The notes under the pieces: generated by a model
Database searches by the model: none
Told to the model about the DNA's origin: nothing
What the model saw: the letters and a program-made list of their open reading frames with translations, nothing else
Shown: piece by piece, positions 48,432-58,158 of the stretch
How positions within the stretch are numbered: the first letter of the stretch is position 1
Layout of the letters: each line of letters starts with the position of its first letter
Made by a program: the position numbers and the translations under genes
Source of the DNA: an uncultured Bacteroidota bacterium
GTDB lineage: Bacteria > Bacteroidota > Bacteroidia > NS11-12g > UBA955
NCBI GenBank assembly: GCA_937867025.1
Contig: CALMKH010000049.1
Location: 192 to 64,191 of the forward strand
Reading direction: 5' to 3'
DNA length: 64,000 nucleotides

Positions 48432-49841
48432 GTGTTTGCTGTTATCGATATAGAGACCACCGGTGGAAAACCTGAGTCGGATAAAATCACCGAAATCGCC
48501 ATTATCCTTCATGACGGAAAAGAAGTGGTAAGACGTTTCAGCACATTGGTGAATCCCCGCTGCCGCATCCCCTCTCCCATCATACAGTTAACCGGCATCA
48601 CCAATGAAATGGTGGAGAAGGCCCCCATGTTCCATGAGATAGCGAGGGACATCATAGAACTTACGGAAAATGCCGTTTTTGTAGCACATAATGTACGTTT
48701 TGACTATGGTTTCATCAAAGCCGCGTTTAAAGACCTTGGGTATACGTATACCAGGAAACCCCTTTGCACAGTAAGGTTAAGCAGAACGGTTTTCCCGGGA
48801 CTTACGTCCTATAGTCTCGGAAAACTCTGCAAAAGCCTTGACATTCAGATCGAGAACCGCCACAGGGCTTTGGGAGACGCCGAAGCCACAGCCATACTTC
48901 TGGGAAAGATCCTGGAAGAAAAGGAGACAAACGAATGGGAATCCTGGCTTACAAGGGAAAGCCGCAAAACCTCGATTCCTCCTTTGCTTAAGGAATCTGT
49001 TTTTGAAGCCATACCTGCAGGCATTACGGGCGTATATTATTTTCATAATGACGGTGGGCATGTGATTTATATAGGTAAAAGCACGGATATCAGGAAAAGG
49101 ATGCTTCAGCATTTTGCCATTACTGCGAAGGATGGGAAAAGGGCGAGACAGCTCAAGCACGAAATAGCCGACATCAGTTATCAGGAAACAGGAAGTGAGT
49201 TGCTTGCATTGCTTCTGGAGTCCGACGAGATTAAAAAACAGAAACCGATATACAATGTGGCACTGAAAAAGGTAAGAGCTACTCCCTATTACGGTATTTT
49301 CACATCTTATGATGCTTCGGGCTATATCAATTTCCAGATGGAAAAGCTAAAGGATGGTCATGAGCCTTTCATTACTTCAGACAATCAGCATGAGGCCCGG
49401 AAACTCCTTTACAGGCTGGTTGAGAATTTCCAGCTTTGCCAGAGCAAATGCCATTTACACCACCAGTCCGGGGCATGCTTCGATCATCATCTGCATAAAT
49501 GCAAAGGAGCATGTGTAGAGAAGGAAGACTGTGAATCTTATAATGAGCGCGCCATGCGGGCCATCAGGAAACACGGTTTTCAGAATGAACATTTTATGAT
49601 AATGGATAAAGGCCGCCATGCGCATGAACGGTCGGTCGTATGCGTGGAGCAGGGCCGGTATAAAGGTTTCGGATACATCGATGTGTCAGCGGGAGCCCCT
49701 GGCACGGCTGAACTGCGGGCCTGTATCAGGCCGTATGCCCATAACAGGGATATCCAGCAGATATTGTGTACGTATTTAAGGAAAACGCATGAGAAGATCG
49801 TGTATTCCCCGGAAGAGGTGCAGTTGAGAATGGAGAGTTGA
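48432..49841 (+). CDS. DEDDh 3'-5' exonuclease (DnaQ-like) fused to a GIY-YIG nuclease domain
   Basis: Exo I motif AVIDIETTG, Exo III H-x4-D (HRALGDAEA) and GIY-YIG (GVYYFHNDGGHVIYIGKSTDIRKR). GTG start. Confidence 0.8.
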   Translation: MFAVIDIETTGGKPESDKITEIAIILHDGKEVVRRFSTLVNPRCRIPSPIIQLTGITNEMVEKAPMFHEIARDIIELTENAVFVAHNVRFDYGFIKAAFKDLGYTYTRKPLCTVRLSRTVFPGLTSYSLGKLCKSLDIQIENRHRALGDAEATAILLGKILEEKETNEWESWLTRESRKTSIPPLLKESVFEAIPAGITGVYYFHNDGGHVIYIGKSTDIRKRMLQHFAITAKDGKRARQLKHEIADISYQETGSELLALLLESDEIKKQKPIYNVALKKVRATPYYGIFTSYDASGYINFQMEKLKDGHEPFITSDNQHEARKLLYRLVENFQLCQSKCHLHHQSGACFDHHLHKCKGACVEKEDCESYNERAMRAIRKHGFQNEHFMIMDKGRHAHERSVVCVEQGRYKGFGYIDVSAGAPGTAELRACIRPYAHNRDIQQILCTYLRKTHEKIVYSPEEVQLRMES

Positions 49842-49909
49842 GAATGGATAATGGATAGTTGAGAATGAAATAAGAGAGATATCTTATTTTCGCATCGCTA
49901 TAAATCCTT

Positions 49910-50533
49910 ATGAATATTCAATACATACTTGAGCTGGCTGGCACTTGTTTCTTCGCGGTTTCGGGAGCGCTGGTGGCAACAAGGAAGTCGGAACAGGACT
50001 GGTTCGGCGTTACCTTTATTGGATTTATAACTGCCATCGGCGGTGGAAGTTTACGCGACATGCTGCTTGGCTCATATCCCCTGGCCTGGGTGGAGAACGT
50101 GTACTTCCTGTACGCTATTTTTGCAGGTATTCTGATGACGAGGTTATTCTACCGGCAGATCATGAAACGCAGCAAGGAACGTTTTATATTCGACACGCTG
50201 GGGATAGCCCTGTTTACCATTCTTGGAACAGAGAAAGCGCTTGACCTCGGTGTGAATCCTGTCATTGCAGCGATCATGGGTATGTTGTCGGCCATTATGG
50301 GCGGCGTCATCCGCGACGTACTCACCAACGAAATACCGGTATTGTTCAGAAAAGAAGTGTATGCCTCTGCCTGTCTTGCTGGCGCCGCATTATACCTCTG
50401 CCTGGATTATTTCGATGCAGATAAAAACTATAATTATTTTTTTTCAGCTTCACTGATCTTCGGTATCAGGTATGCGGCTGTGAAATTCAACTTATCCCTG
50501 CCAAAGTTTAAAGTCAGACCGGTTGACAGCTGA
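49910..50533 (+). CDS. Trimeric intracellular cation channel (UPF0126/YadS) family protein
   Basis: Two GGGxxRD motifs (IGGGSLRDML, MGGVIRDVL) and 7 TM. Confidence 0.8.
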   Translation: MNIQYILELAGTCFFAVSGALVATRKSEQDWFGVTFIGFITAIGGGSLRDMLLGSYPLAWVENVYFLYAIFAGILMTRLFYRQIMKRSKERFIFDTLGIALFTILGTEKALDLGVNPVIAAIMGMLSAIMGGVIRDVLTNEIPVLFRKEVYASACLAGAALYLCLDYFDADKNYNYFFSASLIFGIRYAAVKFNLSLPKFKVRPVDS

Positions 50534-50551
50534 CGGGTGAGCTGCTCCACA

Positions 50552-51199
50552 CTAGAACAAGCCGTTGAGCTCGGCTTCTATCTTATTGATCACAAAATTG
50601 GCATCATTCGGATCATTCTCAAAGTCGAGCTCATCAATATTGAGCACGACCATTTTTCCAAGCTTGTAAGTGGATATCCATGCCTCATAACGTTCATTCA
50701 GGCGCTTGAGGTAATCCAGGCGTATACTGTCTTCATAATCCCTGCCCCTTTGCTGTATCTGTCTCACCAGGGTAGGTATCGTACCCCTGAGGTAGATAAG
50801 CAGGTCGGGCGGCTGTATCATGGCATTCAAGGAGTTGAACAATGCGACATAATTCTCATAATCCCTTGTACTCATAAGACCCATGGCATGAAGATTCGGC
50901 GCGAAGATATTGGCATCTTCATAAATCGTCCTGTCCTGTATAATAGGTTTCTGGTTTTCGCGGATCTTTCTGATGTTGTTGTAGCGTACGTTCAAAAAAT
51001 AAACCTGCAGGTTAAAACTCCAGCGCTGCATGTCTTCATAAAAGTCGCTGATATAAGGATTATCATCCATGTCCTCCAATTGGACCTCCCATCCGTAATG
51101 TTTTGCAAGCATGTTGGTAAGCGTGGTTTTGCCGCTGCCTATATTACCCGCTACAGCGATATGCATGACCTTATTCTTTGTCTTACTCATTTGGTGCAA
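50552..51199 (-). CDS. Deoxynucleoside kinase
   Basis: P-loop AGNIGSGKTT and the dNK ERS-like motif. The likely true start is MHIAVAG (51166). Confidence 0.8.
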   Translation of the reverse strand: MHQMSKTKNKVMHIAVAGNIGSGKTTLTNMLAKHYGWEVQLEDMDDNPYISDFYEDMQRWSFNLQVYFLNVRYNNIRKIRENQKPIIQDRTIYEDANIFAPNLHAMGLMSTRDYENYVALFNSLNAMIQPPDLLIYLRGTIPTLVRQIQQRGRDYEDSIRLDYLKRLNERYEAWISTYKLGKMVVLNIDELDFENDPNDANFVINKIEAELNGLF

Positions 51200-51253
51200 A
51201 CATATTGAAATAATTCTAATATATCAGTCAAATCTTGAAATTGTGGAAATTTA

Positions 51254-52060
51254 TTAAGCAGCCTCTTTCAGGGGCTTATAAACGAAGAGCCATACCAATG
51301 TAACCATACCCATGAATACACCTAAATTCATAAGCCACCAGTCCATCAAATGGAACAATACGATAAAACATGCAAGCCACTTATGAAACCTTGTTGTCAG
51401 CAGCCCGGTCACAAAGCTAATCTGAAGTAACATACCGCACAGGAAAAAACCATACCCCGCCCACGGATGCCCTATAAGCCACATGACCGTCTGACTGCGG
51501 AATGTATCCGGTTCAAAATACAGGTAAGCGGCATGTTGGTTCTGCAACACATTGGTGAAGCTATCCCATACCATCCAGGCGCCATGGAATAATTTGGAGA
51601 AACCCGCAAAGGCGTAAGAAAGACATGTGAGCATACCGGCCAATCTGACAGCGTGCGGAAATACAGTATCCTTGAAATAAAAAGGCAGTAGGGCAAAATG
51701 AAAGCCGAATAAATGATGGGTATGATACCCCAGCTTGTAATTGAACTGCAACTGGTAAAAGAGCAGCAGTATGCCTGACAATACAGTAAAACCCCTCTTA
51801 TCAATGAACGCTATACTGACGATAAAGGAAAATATGAGCAATACGTCGAAGGCCATGGCATTAAACTGGTTGTGCAGAACCAGTTTCGGAAGACCTGACC
51901 AATGCATTAACCAGTATGTGACATCGGCACCCTTGTAATAGAACGGTGAATCGAAAATATGATGCAGCATCATGCCCGAATACCAGAAATACATAAGTGC
52001 CAGGGCTATGACCGAAAGCACTAGGCGTTTCCAGAAGAATATATTACTTCGGTAATTCAT
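51254..52060 (-). CDS. Hypothetical polytopic membrane protein (HTTM-like?)
   Basis: 268 aa, multi-TM, Trp/His-rich. The family assignment is tentative. Confidence 0.55.
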   Translation of the reverse strand: MNYRSNIFFWKRLVLSVIALALMYFWYSGMMLHHIFDSPFYYKGADVTYWLMHWSGLPKLVLHNQFNAMAFDVLLIFSFIVSIAFIDKRGFTVLSGILLLFYQLQFNYKLGYHTHHLFGFHFALLPFYFKDTVFPHAVRLAGMLTCLSYAFAGFSKLFHGAWMVWDSFTNVLQNQHAAYLYFEPDTFRSQTVMWLIGHPWAGYGFFLCGMLLQISFVTGLLTTRFHKWLACFIVLFHLMDWWLMNLGVFMGMVTLVWLFVYKPLKEAA

Positions 52061-52613
52061 TCTCTGACGTACTGTTCAATAAGCGGAATGTTTTTACTTC
52101 CCCGTCCCTGAAACCGAATTCTACAGGTTCGCATGACTCGGAATCAATGCCTATCCTGTCCATATAAACATTAAACCATTCCCTGAACCTTGTAAGTTCA
52201 TCGCAATCGGTTTTATTGGTATCGTGAAATCCGAGCCTTTGAAGCCTGTGGTTCATCTGGTTGCAATGATCGGATTTCAATAATATATCATACCTTGTCG
52301 GCAGTATTTCCAGCATCAGGAAACCCTGCCCCCTGGCCTTGTAAATATTTGCAATGCCTGTAGCTGATCCTGCAGGGCATGCGGGCAATATCTGTTTGTA
52401 TGTTTCCTGGGCTTTCATCGGATCGCTGTAAAGTGCGAAATATCCCAGTGGTGTAATTTCCGTCCTGGCGGCGAACTGCGCAAAATACAGGATCAATATA
52501 ATAGCAGCAAAGAGAAAAAATGAAGGATGGGCTTTCCTCAGGACCTTAATTTCATGTAGTCTTTTCTTAAACATAAAAGTATTTGATACGGCCTGAAGAT
52601 TTCCTTTCTTCAA
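52044..52613 (-). CDS. Hypothetical membrane-anchored protein
   Basis: 189 aa with one N-terminal TM. It overlaps the downstream gene by 17 nt and the trpS stop by 4 nt. Confidence 0.5.
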   Translation of the reverse strand: MKKGNLQAVSNTFMFKKRLHEIKVLRKAHPSFFLFAAIILILYFAQFAARTEITPLGYFALYSDPMKAQETYKQILPACPAGSATGIANIYKARGQGFLMLEILPTRYDILLKSDHCNQMNHRLQRLGFHDTNKTDCDELTRFREWFNVYMDRIGIDSESCEPVEFGFRDGEVKTFRLLNSTSENELPK

Positions 52614-53614
52614 TAGAATTTTCTAAACCCGATGAGTTCCCTTACCTCACGTATGGTCTTATCAGCGCTTTCACCGGCCTTTTCAGCGCCCTGCCTGGCG
52701 ATCCTGCTCAAACTTGCATCATCGTTCAAAACATCATTTATACGTTCCCTGAAAGGCGCGATGAATGTTTCCATATCGTTGGCGAGCTGTGTTTTCATAT
52801 CTCCGAACCTGATGGTTCCGTCGTAATATGCCTTGTCGAACTGGGCGACAACATCCTCCCTGCTCACGAGCTCCATCAGCGTAAACAGGTTTTGTATGGG
52901 CAAAGGTTTTTCCGTGCCCGGTTCACTGGGACCGTCAACGCTGGCAGTAACAGCCTTCATTATCTTTTTCCTTAGAGAATCTGCCTCCTCCGACATATAA
53001 ATCGTATCGGCTTCCCCGGCGCTTTTGCTCATTTTGCCGAGTCCTGTAAGTCCCGGAACTTTCACCAAAGCCTGGTTGAAATTAAAGGCCTGAGGTTCAG
53101 GAAAATATTCTGCATGGTATAAGCGGTTGAACCTGTTACCGAAAGTACGCGCCATTTCCAGGTGCTGTTCCTGGTCTTTTCCAACCGGCACCTTCTCTCC
53201 CTTGTGCAAAAGGATGTCTGCTGCCATAAGCACCGGATAGGTTAACAGACCTGCATTCACATTATCCGGATGGCTTCTCGCTTTTTCTTTAAAAGAGCTT
53301 ACCCTTTCAAGTTCGCCTTTATATGCGTTCATATTCAGAAAAAGGTAAAGCTCAGCTGTCTGCGGCAAGTCACTCTGGAGATAAAGCGTGCATTTATCTG
53401 GGTCGAGTCCGAGAGCCACATATTCCGCCAGAACCCGTTTAACAGAACCATGGAGGTCTTTGGGTGTGGGATGCGTTGTCAGCGAGTGGTAATCGGCTAT
53501 AAAAAAGAATGTGTCATAATCTTCCTGCATACGGATAAAATTCTTAACCGCGCCGAAATAGTTGCCAAGGTGCAATTTGCCTGTAGGCCTTATACCGCTT
53601 ACTACTTTTTCCAT
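52610..53614 (-). CDS. trpS: Tryptophan--tRNA ligase
   Basis: HLGNYFG (HIGH) and KMSKS motifs. Confidence 0.9.
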   Translation of the reverse strand: MEKVVSGIRPTGKLHLGNYFGAVKNFIRMQEDYDTFFFIADYHSLTTHPTPKDLHGSVKRVLAEYVALGLDPDKCTLYLQSDLPQTAELYLFLNMNAYKGELERVSSFKEKARSHPDNVNAGLLTYPVLMAADILLHKGEKVPVGKDQEQHLEMARTFGNRFNRLYHAEYFPEPQAFNFNQALVKVPGLTGLGKMSKSAGEADTIYMSEEADSLRKKIMKAVTASVDGPSEPGTEKPLPIQNLFTLMELVSREDVVAQFDKAYYDGTIRFGDMKTQLANDMETFIAPFRERINDVLNDDASLSRIARQGAEKAGESADKTIREVRELIGFRKFY

Positions 53615-53737
53615 TTTACGAGTGGCAAACTTACAAAAATTTGCGTATTTACGGTGCGTAGCCTGCCATTATTTGTCCTTAAATTTTTTTTTCATGATAA
53701 TATTGCTAATTTTGACGTCCTTAAAAAGTGCACTCCC

Positions 53738-54730
53738 ATGAAAGCAGTCATTCCTGTAGCTGGTATTGGCACCCGGCTCAGGCCACATACTCATACGCAA
53801 CCGAAGTCTCTCATACCTGTCGCAGGTAAGCCGATTCTGGCCCATATAGTCGACCAGCTTGTCGAGGCGGGCATTGATGATTTTGTTTTTATCATCGGTT
53901 ATCTTGGAGATAAGATAGAAGAATATATATCAAAGACTTATCCATCGATCAAAACCTCTTTTGTCATGCAGACCACAGGTAAAGGAACAGGACATGCCAT
54001 ATGGCTGGCCAAGGATGCTATAGGGAACGAACCGATACTGGTTGTATTCGGCGATACGATATGCGAGGTTGACTGGAAGGAAATCATTAATTCAAAAACA
54101 TCCATCCTGGGTGTGAAGAAAGTGGATGATCCGAGGCAATTCGGCGTGGCTGAAGTGGATAAAGACGGAAAGATATTCCGGCTGGTTGAGAAACCGTCAA
54201 TCCCCAAATCCAACCTTGCGTTGGTCGGCATCTACAAAATTCTTGAGACGAAAGAACTGATGACCTGCCTGACCAGCAATATTGAAAACAACCTGAAAAC
54301 CCTGAATGAATTTCACCTGACCGATGCCATGATGTGCATGGTGGCATTGGGCACGGAGTTCTATACCTATAATGTCACCTCATGGTTCGATTGCGGCAAA
54401 AAGGAAATATTGCTTCAGACCAATCAGCTTCTGCTGAGGCGTGGCAATTTTAACACGATTGACAAGGAAGCCGTTCACAATTCGATTATCATACCGCCGG
54501 TATTTATCGGCAAAGGGTGCAAGATATCCAACAGCATTGTAGGTCCTAACGTCAGCATCGGGGAGAATGTGCATGTGGAATCGTCCATTATCAAGGAGTC
54601 GATCATAGGGCCCTTTGCAGAGCTGAATTATGCCGTCCTCACCAATTCACTCATTGGCAACGATGCTTCATTGCAGGGAACGATGCACAGTTTAAACCTT
54701 GGCGACAGCGCCGAAATCAATTTCGGATAA
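53738..54730 (+). CDS. Sugar-phosphate nucleotidyltransferase with a C-terminal left-handed beta-helix
   Basis: MKAVIPVAGIGTRLRP..KSLIPV N-terminal signature. The ORF track's 5' extension (53270-) was rejected. Confidence 0.8.
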   Translation: MKAVIPVAGIGTRLRPHTHTQPKSLIPVAGKPILAHIVDQLVEAGIDDFVFIIGYLGDKIEEYISKTYPSIKTSFVMQTTGKGTGHAIWLAKDAIGNEPILVVFGDTICEVDWKEIINSKTSILGVKKVDDPRQFGVAEVDKDGKIFRLVEKPSIPKSNLALVGIYKILETKELMTCLTSNIENNLKTLNEFHLTDAMMCMVALGTEFYTYNVTSWFDCGKKEILLQTNQLLLRRGNFNTIDKEAVHNSIIIPPVFIGKGCKISNSIVGPNVSIGENVHVESSIIKESIIGPFAELNYAVLTNSLIGNDASLQGTMHSLNLGDSAEINFG

Positions 54731-54731
54731 T

Positions 54732-55289
54732 ATGTATTCACAGGAAGAGATAATAAGGGCTCATGGCCCGTACAAATCCGTCCAGCAGGCTGATCCAGCC
54801 TTTATCAGGGACTGCATAAAAGAGATACAGGGCTTCCCCTCTGTTCTCGAAACATTCGTCAGCCAGCTGAAACCTGAACACTATGATGTTTCGTACCGCG
54901 ACGGTGGCTGGACTTTCAGGCAGGTCATTCACCACCTGGCTGACAGCCATATGCAGGCGTATACGCGTTTTAAGCTTGCACTTACGGAGGAGAAGCCTAC
55001 CATCAAGCCCTATATTCAGGACCTCTGGGCCGGCACGAAGGATTCGACATCCACGAACCCCGGCATATCGGTTCAATTGCTGAAGGCTCTGCATGCACGC
55101 TGGTGCGTTCTTTTGGAAAGTCTTACTTCTGCAGATTTCGAAAAGTCATATATCCACCCGGAATATAACAGGGAATATAAATTATTTGACGTACTTGGCT
55201 TATATGCCTGGCATGGAAAACATCACTACACCCAGCTTGAACGGTATGCGTCGAACCAGGCATGGATCCAAAACGGAAACCTAAAATAA
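54732..55289 (+). CDS. DinB/YfiT-like metal-dependent hydrolase (putative bacillithiol transferase family)
   Basis: His triad pattern (HHLADSHMQAY...WHGKHH). The ATG lies right after the upstream stop. Confidence 0.7.
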   Translation: MYSQEEIIRAHGPYKSVQQADPAFIRDCIKEIQGFPSVLETFVSQLKPEHYDVSYRDGGWTFRQVIHHLADSHMQAYTRFKLALTEEKPTIKPYIQDLWAGTKDSTSTNPGISVQLLKALHARWCVLLESLTSADFEKSYIHPEYNREYKLFDVLGLYAWHGKHHYTQLERYASNQAWIQNGNLK

Positions 55290-55305
55290 ACAAACAAATA
55301 AAGCT

Positions 55306-55731
55306 ATGGAAGCAAACAGCAAAACAAGTATCCGGATAGAGGCCCTGGTGAATGCCCCTGTCGACAAGGTTTGGAACTACTGGAACCAGCCCGAACATGT
55401 AACACAATGGAATAATGCCAGCGAAGATTGGCACACCCCTAAAGCCGAAAACGATCTCAGGACCGGAGGTGCATTCACTTACCGCATGGAAGCAAAAGAT
55501 GGAAGCTTCGGGTTTGACTTCGGCGGTATTTACGACGAGGTAAAAAAACATGAACTCATCTCATATACAATGAGCGATGGCCGAAAGGTAAAAACCACCT
55601 TTGAAGCGCAGGGAAATACCACCAGGGTAACAACCGTATTTGATGCAGAGAATGAAAACCCTGCAGAAATGCAAAAACAGGGCTGGCAGGCGATACTCAA
55701 CAACTTTAAGGCTTACACTGAGAAAAACTGA
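55306..55731 (+). CDS. SRPBCC / AHSA1-like domain protein (third paralog in the window)
   Basis: VDKVWNYWNQPEHVTQW motif. Confidence 0.75.
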   Translation: MEANSKTSIRIEALVNAPVDKVWNYWNQPEHVTQWNNASEDWHTPKAENDLRTGGAFTYRMEAKDGSFGFDFGGIYDEVKKHELISYTMSDGRKVKTTFEAQGNTTRVTTVFDAENENPAEMQKQGWQAILNNFKAYTEKN

Positions 55732-55885
55732 GAACTGAACTCTAATTTATAGTTTGTTCTGCTCTTTTATCTCCCTGTCTGTGGCTGCCTGAGGCCCTAT
55801 GGCAAATGCAGCTGAAAAACCCCAAACCGGAATGTTACACATTCCGCCAACTGATACGCTCTTCAAACCTAACCTAAAAGTATAC

Positions 55886-56371
55886 ATGCGACCTATTATC
55901 AAAACCATTTCTGAAAAAAAACTGGCCGGCATGCGTCTTTCGATGAACCTGGTGAACAACCGCACGCCTGAACTCTGGAGAAGCTTTATGCCCAGGAGGC
56001 ATGAACTTGACAATAAAATGCCTGACGTTTTTTATTCCATGCAGGTATTTGATACATCTTACAGCTTTATCCGGTTTGATCCTGAAGCAATGTTCGAAAA
56101 ATGGGCGGCTGTCGAAGTCAGCAATTTTGACCAAATGCCAGAAGGGATGGAATCATTTATATTGCCGGGCGGCTTGTATGCCGTATTTCACCATAAAGGT
56201 CCGGCGAGTGACGGACCAAAGGTTTTCGGCTATATTTTCGGCTCATGGCTGCCTGCTTCCCCGTATGAGCTGGATTCACGACCCCATTTCGAAACTCTCG
56301 GGGAAACTTACAGAGCCGATTCCCCGGATGCGGAAGAAGACATATGGATACCTATCCGGATAAAGGAATAA
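55886..56371 (+). CDS. GyrI-like small-molecule-binding domain protein
   Basis: AraC effector-binding/GyrI-like fold pattern (...YAVFHHKGP...). The start is chosen at MRPIIKTI; the ORF track begins at 55799. Confidence 0.65.
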   Translation: MRPIIKTISEKKLAGMRLSMNLVNNRTPELWRSFMPRRHELDNKMPDVFYSMQVFDTSYSFIRFDPEAMFEKWAAVEVSNFDQMPEGMESFILPGGLYAVFHHKGPASDGPKVFGYIFGSWLPASPYELDSRPHFETLGETYRADSPDAEEDIWIPIRIKE

Positions 56372-56465
56372 GCCGCATTGTTTTATACTGAAGTTGTCAA
56401 TGGGGATTTAACCTTAACTTTGCTCCATCAAACTCAAAAACATTTTTTCACCGGGAGTCAAGCTG

Positions 56466-57323
56466 ATGCTGATAGCCAGCATTTCCTTTGCATGGATGAA
56501 TATCTGTGTGAAGTACATTGGTCGCATCCCCATTTTTGAGGTTATACTTTTCAGGGCAGGAATTACGCTGATATTGAGTTATTTCATATTAAGAAGGAAA
56601 AAGGTCAATCCCTGGGGCGTGCATCACCGGTTTCTTATCGCCCGCGGTTTTTTCGGCGCATGCGGGCTTATCTGCTACTTTTACACGCTTCAACATATGC
56701 ACATGGCCAACGCCATAGTCATACATTATCTAAGTCCCATATTTACAACCCTCATTGCCCTGGTGTTTTTAAAAGAGAGGATCAGGCTGATACAGCTGCT
56801 GGCTTTCGGCGTGTCGTTTACAGGAGTGATACTTGTAAAAGGATTTGCAAATGTCAATATGTTCGATTTTATGATGGGAGTTGCCGGCGCGTTTTTTACA
56901 GGACTCGCCTACAATGCCATAAGAAACATGAAAGACCGTGAGGATGCAGATGTCATCATCTTTTACCAGCCTTTAGTCGCATTTCCCGTCATGCTGATGT
57001 ATTTCCTTATATTTCCTGTTCCGCCTGTCATGCCTCAGGGAATGGAATGGTTATTCCTGATCGGGACCGGAGTGTTTACACAGATTGGTCAATACTACGT
57101 GACCAGAGCATACCAGATGGATACAGCGGCGCGTATAAGCAGTGTCAGTTATATCGGCATTATCTGGGCTGTCCTTGCAGGAAAATTCCTGTTTGACGAC
57201 ACATATCCCTTATCGGTATTAAGTGGCATGACCGTTGTATTGGCAGGCGTTTTTCTCAACCTTAATGCGTTGAAATTTTACAAGCTTATCAGCAAGATCA
57301 GGAACCTGTTTGTCCCACAATGA
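56466..57323 (+). CDS. DMT superfamily (EamA) transporter
   Basis: 10 TM and two EamA-like halves. Confidence 0.75.
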   Translation: MLIASISFAWMNICVKYIGRIPIFEVILFRAGITLILSYFILRRKKVNPWGVHHRFLIARGFFGACGLICYFYTLQHMHMANAIVIHYLSPIFTTLIALVFLKERIRLIQLLAFGVSFTGVILVKGFANVNMFDFMMGVAGAFFTGLAYNAIRNMKDREDADVIIFYQPLVAFPVMLMYFLIFPVPPVMPQGMEWLFLIGTGVFTQIGQYYVTRAYQMDTAARISSVSYIGIIWAVLAGKFLFDDTYPLSVLSGMTVVLAGVFLNLNALKFYKLISKIRNLFVPQ

Positions 57324-57329
57324 TCGCGG

Positions 57330-57854
57330 TCACCGGACAATATACAGAATTCCGAAACCCACCTTATGTAACCTTGCCCATGAAACCGGAGTCACAGATC
57401 GTCCATAGTTAAACCTGAATTCAAGGGGCTGCCCTCCTATCATCCACCTGGCTCCGGCATAATAATTCGTGTAGTATGTATAGCGTCTGTCAAACCTGCT
57501 GTTATTCATCCCCGATCCACCAGCACCGATGAAGAGTGAGTATTCCCTTCTTGATTCAGGCAGCCGGTTCAGTGTAAAACCATATTCAACGGCCACAGGG
57601 ATTTCCACCATGATGGGGCTGCTTGACCTGGCTGATGAAACATACTTACCTATAGTTATCGGTGCCACAAGTGCAAGAGATGTTTTCCGGGCATCATACA
57701 CCATCCTGGGCGTATACATAACCGACAGCATCTCCCAATTACCAAACGCTCCGCTATATGAAGCATACTGCCCCCCGATCCCATGAGAGTATCTCTGAGC
57801 CTGGATGGCAAAATAATTGAGAATAATCATTGACGTGACAGCTAAGCTTTTCAT
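57330..57854 (-). CDS. Hypothetical secreted / outer-membrane protein
   Basis: Signal peptide ending AIQAQ. Rich in Tyr/Gly/Arg. Confidence 0.5.
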   Translation of the reverse strand: MKSLAVTSMIILNYFAIQAQRYSHGIGGQYASYSGAFGNWEMLSVMYTPRMVYDARKTSLALVAPITIGKYVSSARSSSPIMVEIPVAVEYGFTLNRLPESRREYSLFIGAGGSGMNNSRFDRRYTYYTNYYAGARWMIGGQPLEFRFNYGRSVTPVSWARLHKVGFGILYIVR

Positions 57855-57906
57855 GATATTATTTGAACAAATATAAGAAATGTAAACTTACTGTCAAGAA
57901 TAATTT

Positions 57907-58158
57907 TCAGTATATGTTTTTCCTATGCCCTATTGCGACGATATCCACATATAATGACAAATCAATAACTTCGTAAATAATACGATAATCTGAAACTCTT
58001 ATTCTATAAGCATCGCGACCTCTCAATTTCTTGCATCCCTGTGGCCGTGGATTATCCGCCAGATTATCAATCGCCTGTTTTATTCTGGAATATACCGGAT
58101 CGTAAATGGATTCAAGGGACTTTACCGCAGACTTGCTTAACCGGACGGTGTACCTCAT
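57907..58158 (-). CDS. relE: Type II toxin, RelE/ParE family
   Basis: 83 aa. YRIRVSDYRIIYEVID...IVAIGHRKNIY matches the RelE/StbE pattern. Confidence 0.8.
   Translation of the reverse strand: MRYTVRLSKSAVKSLESIYDPVYSRIKQAIDNLADNPRPQGCKKLRGRDAYRIRVSDYRIIYEVIDLSLYVDIVAIGHRKNIY

Noticed and set aside
50537-51208. 223-aa plus-strand ORF
   Set aside because: It is antisense to the deoxynucleoside kinase gene, which has a P-loop. No recognisable domain was found.
53270-53737. 5' extension of the nucleotidyltransferase ORF (ORF track start 53270)
   Set aside because: The extension runs antisense through the trpS coding region. The conserved MKAVIPVAGIGTRLRP N-terminus begins at the ATG at 53738.
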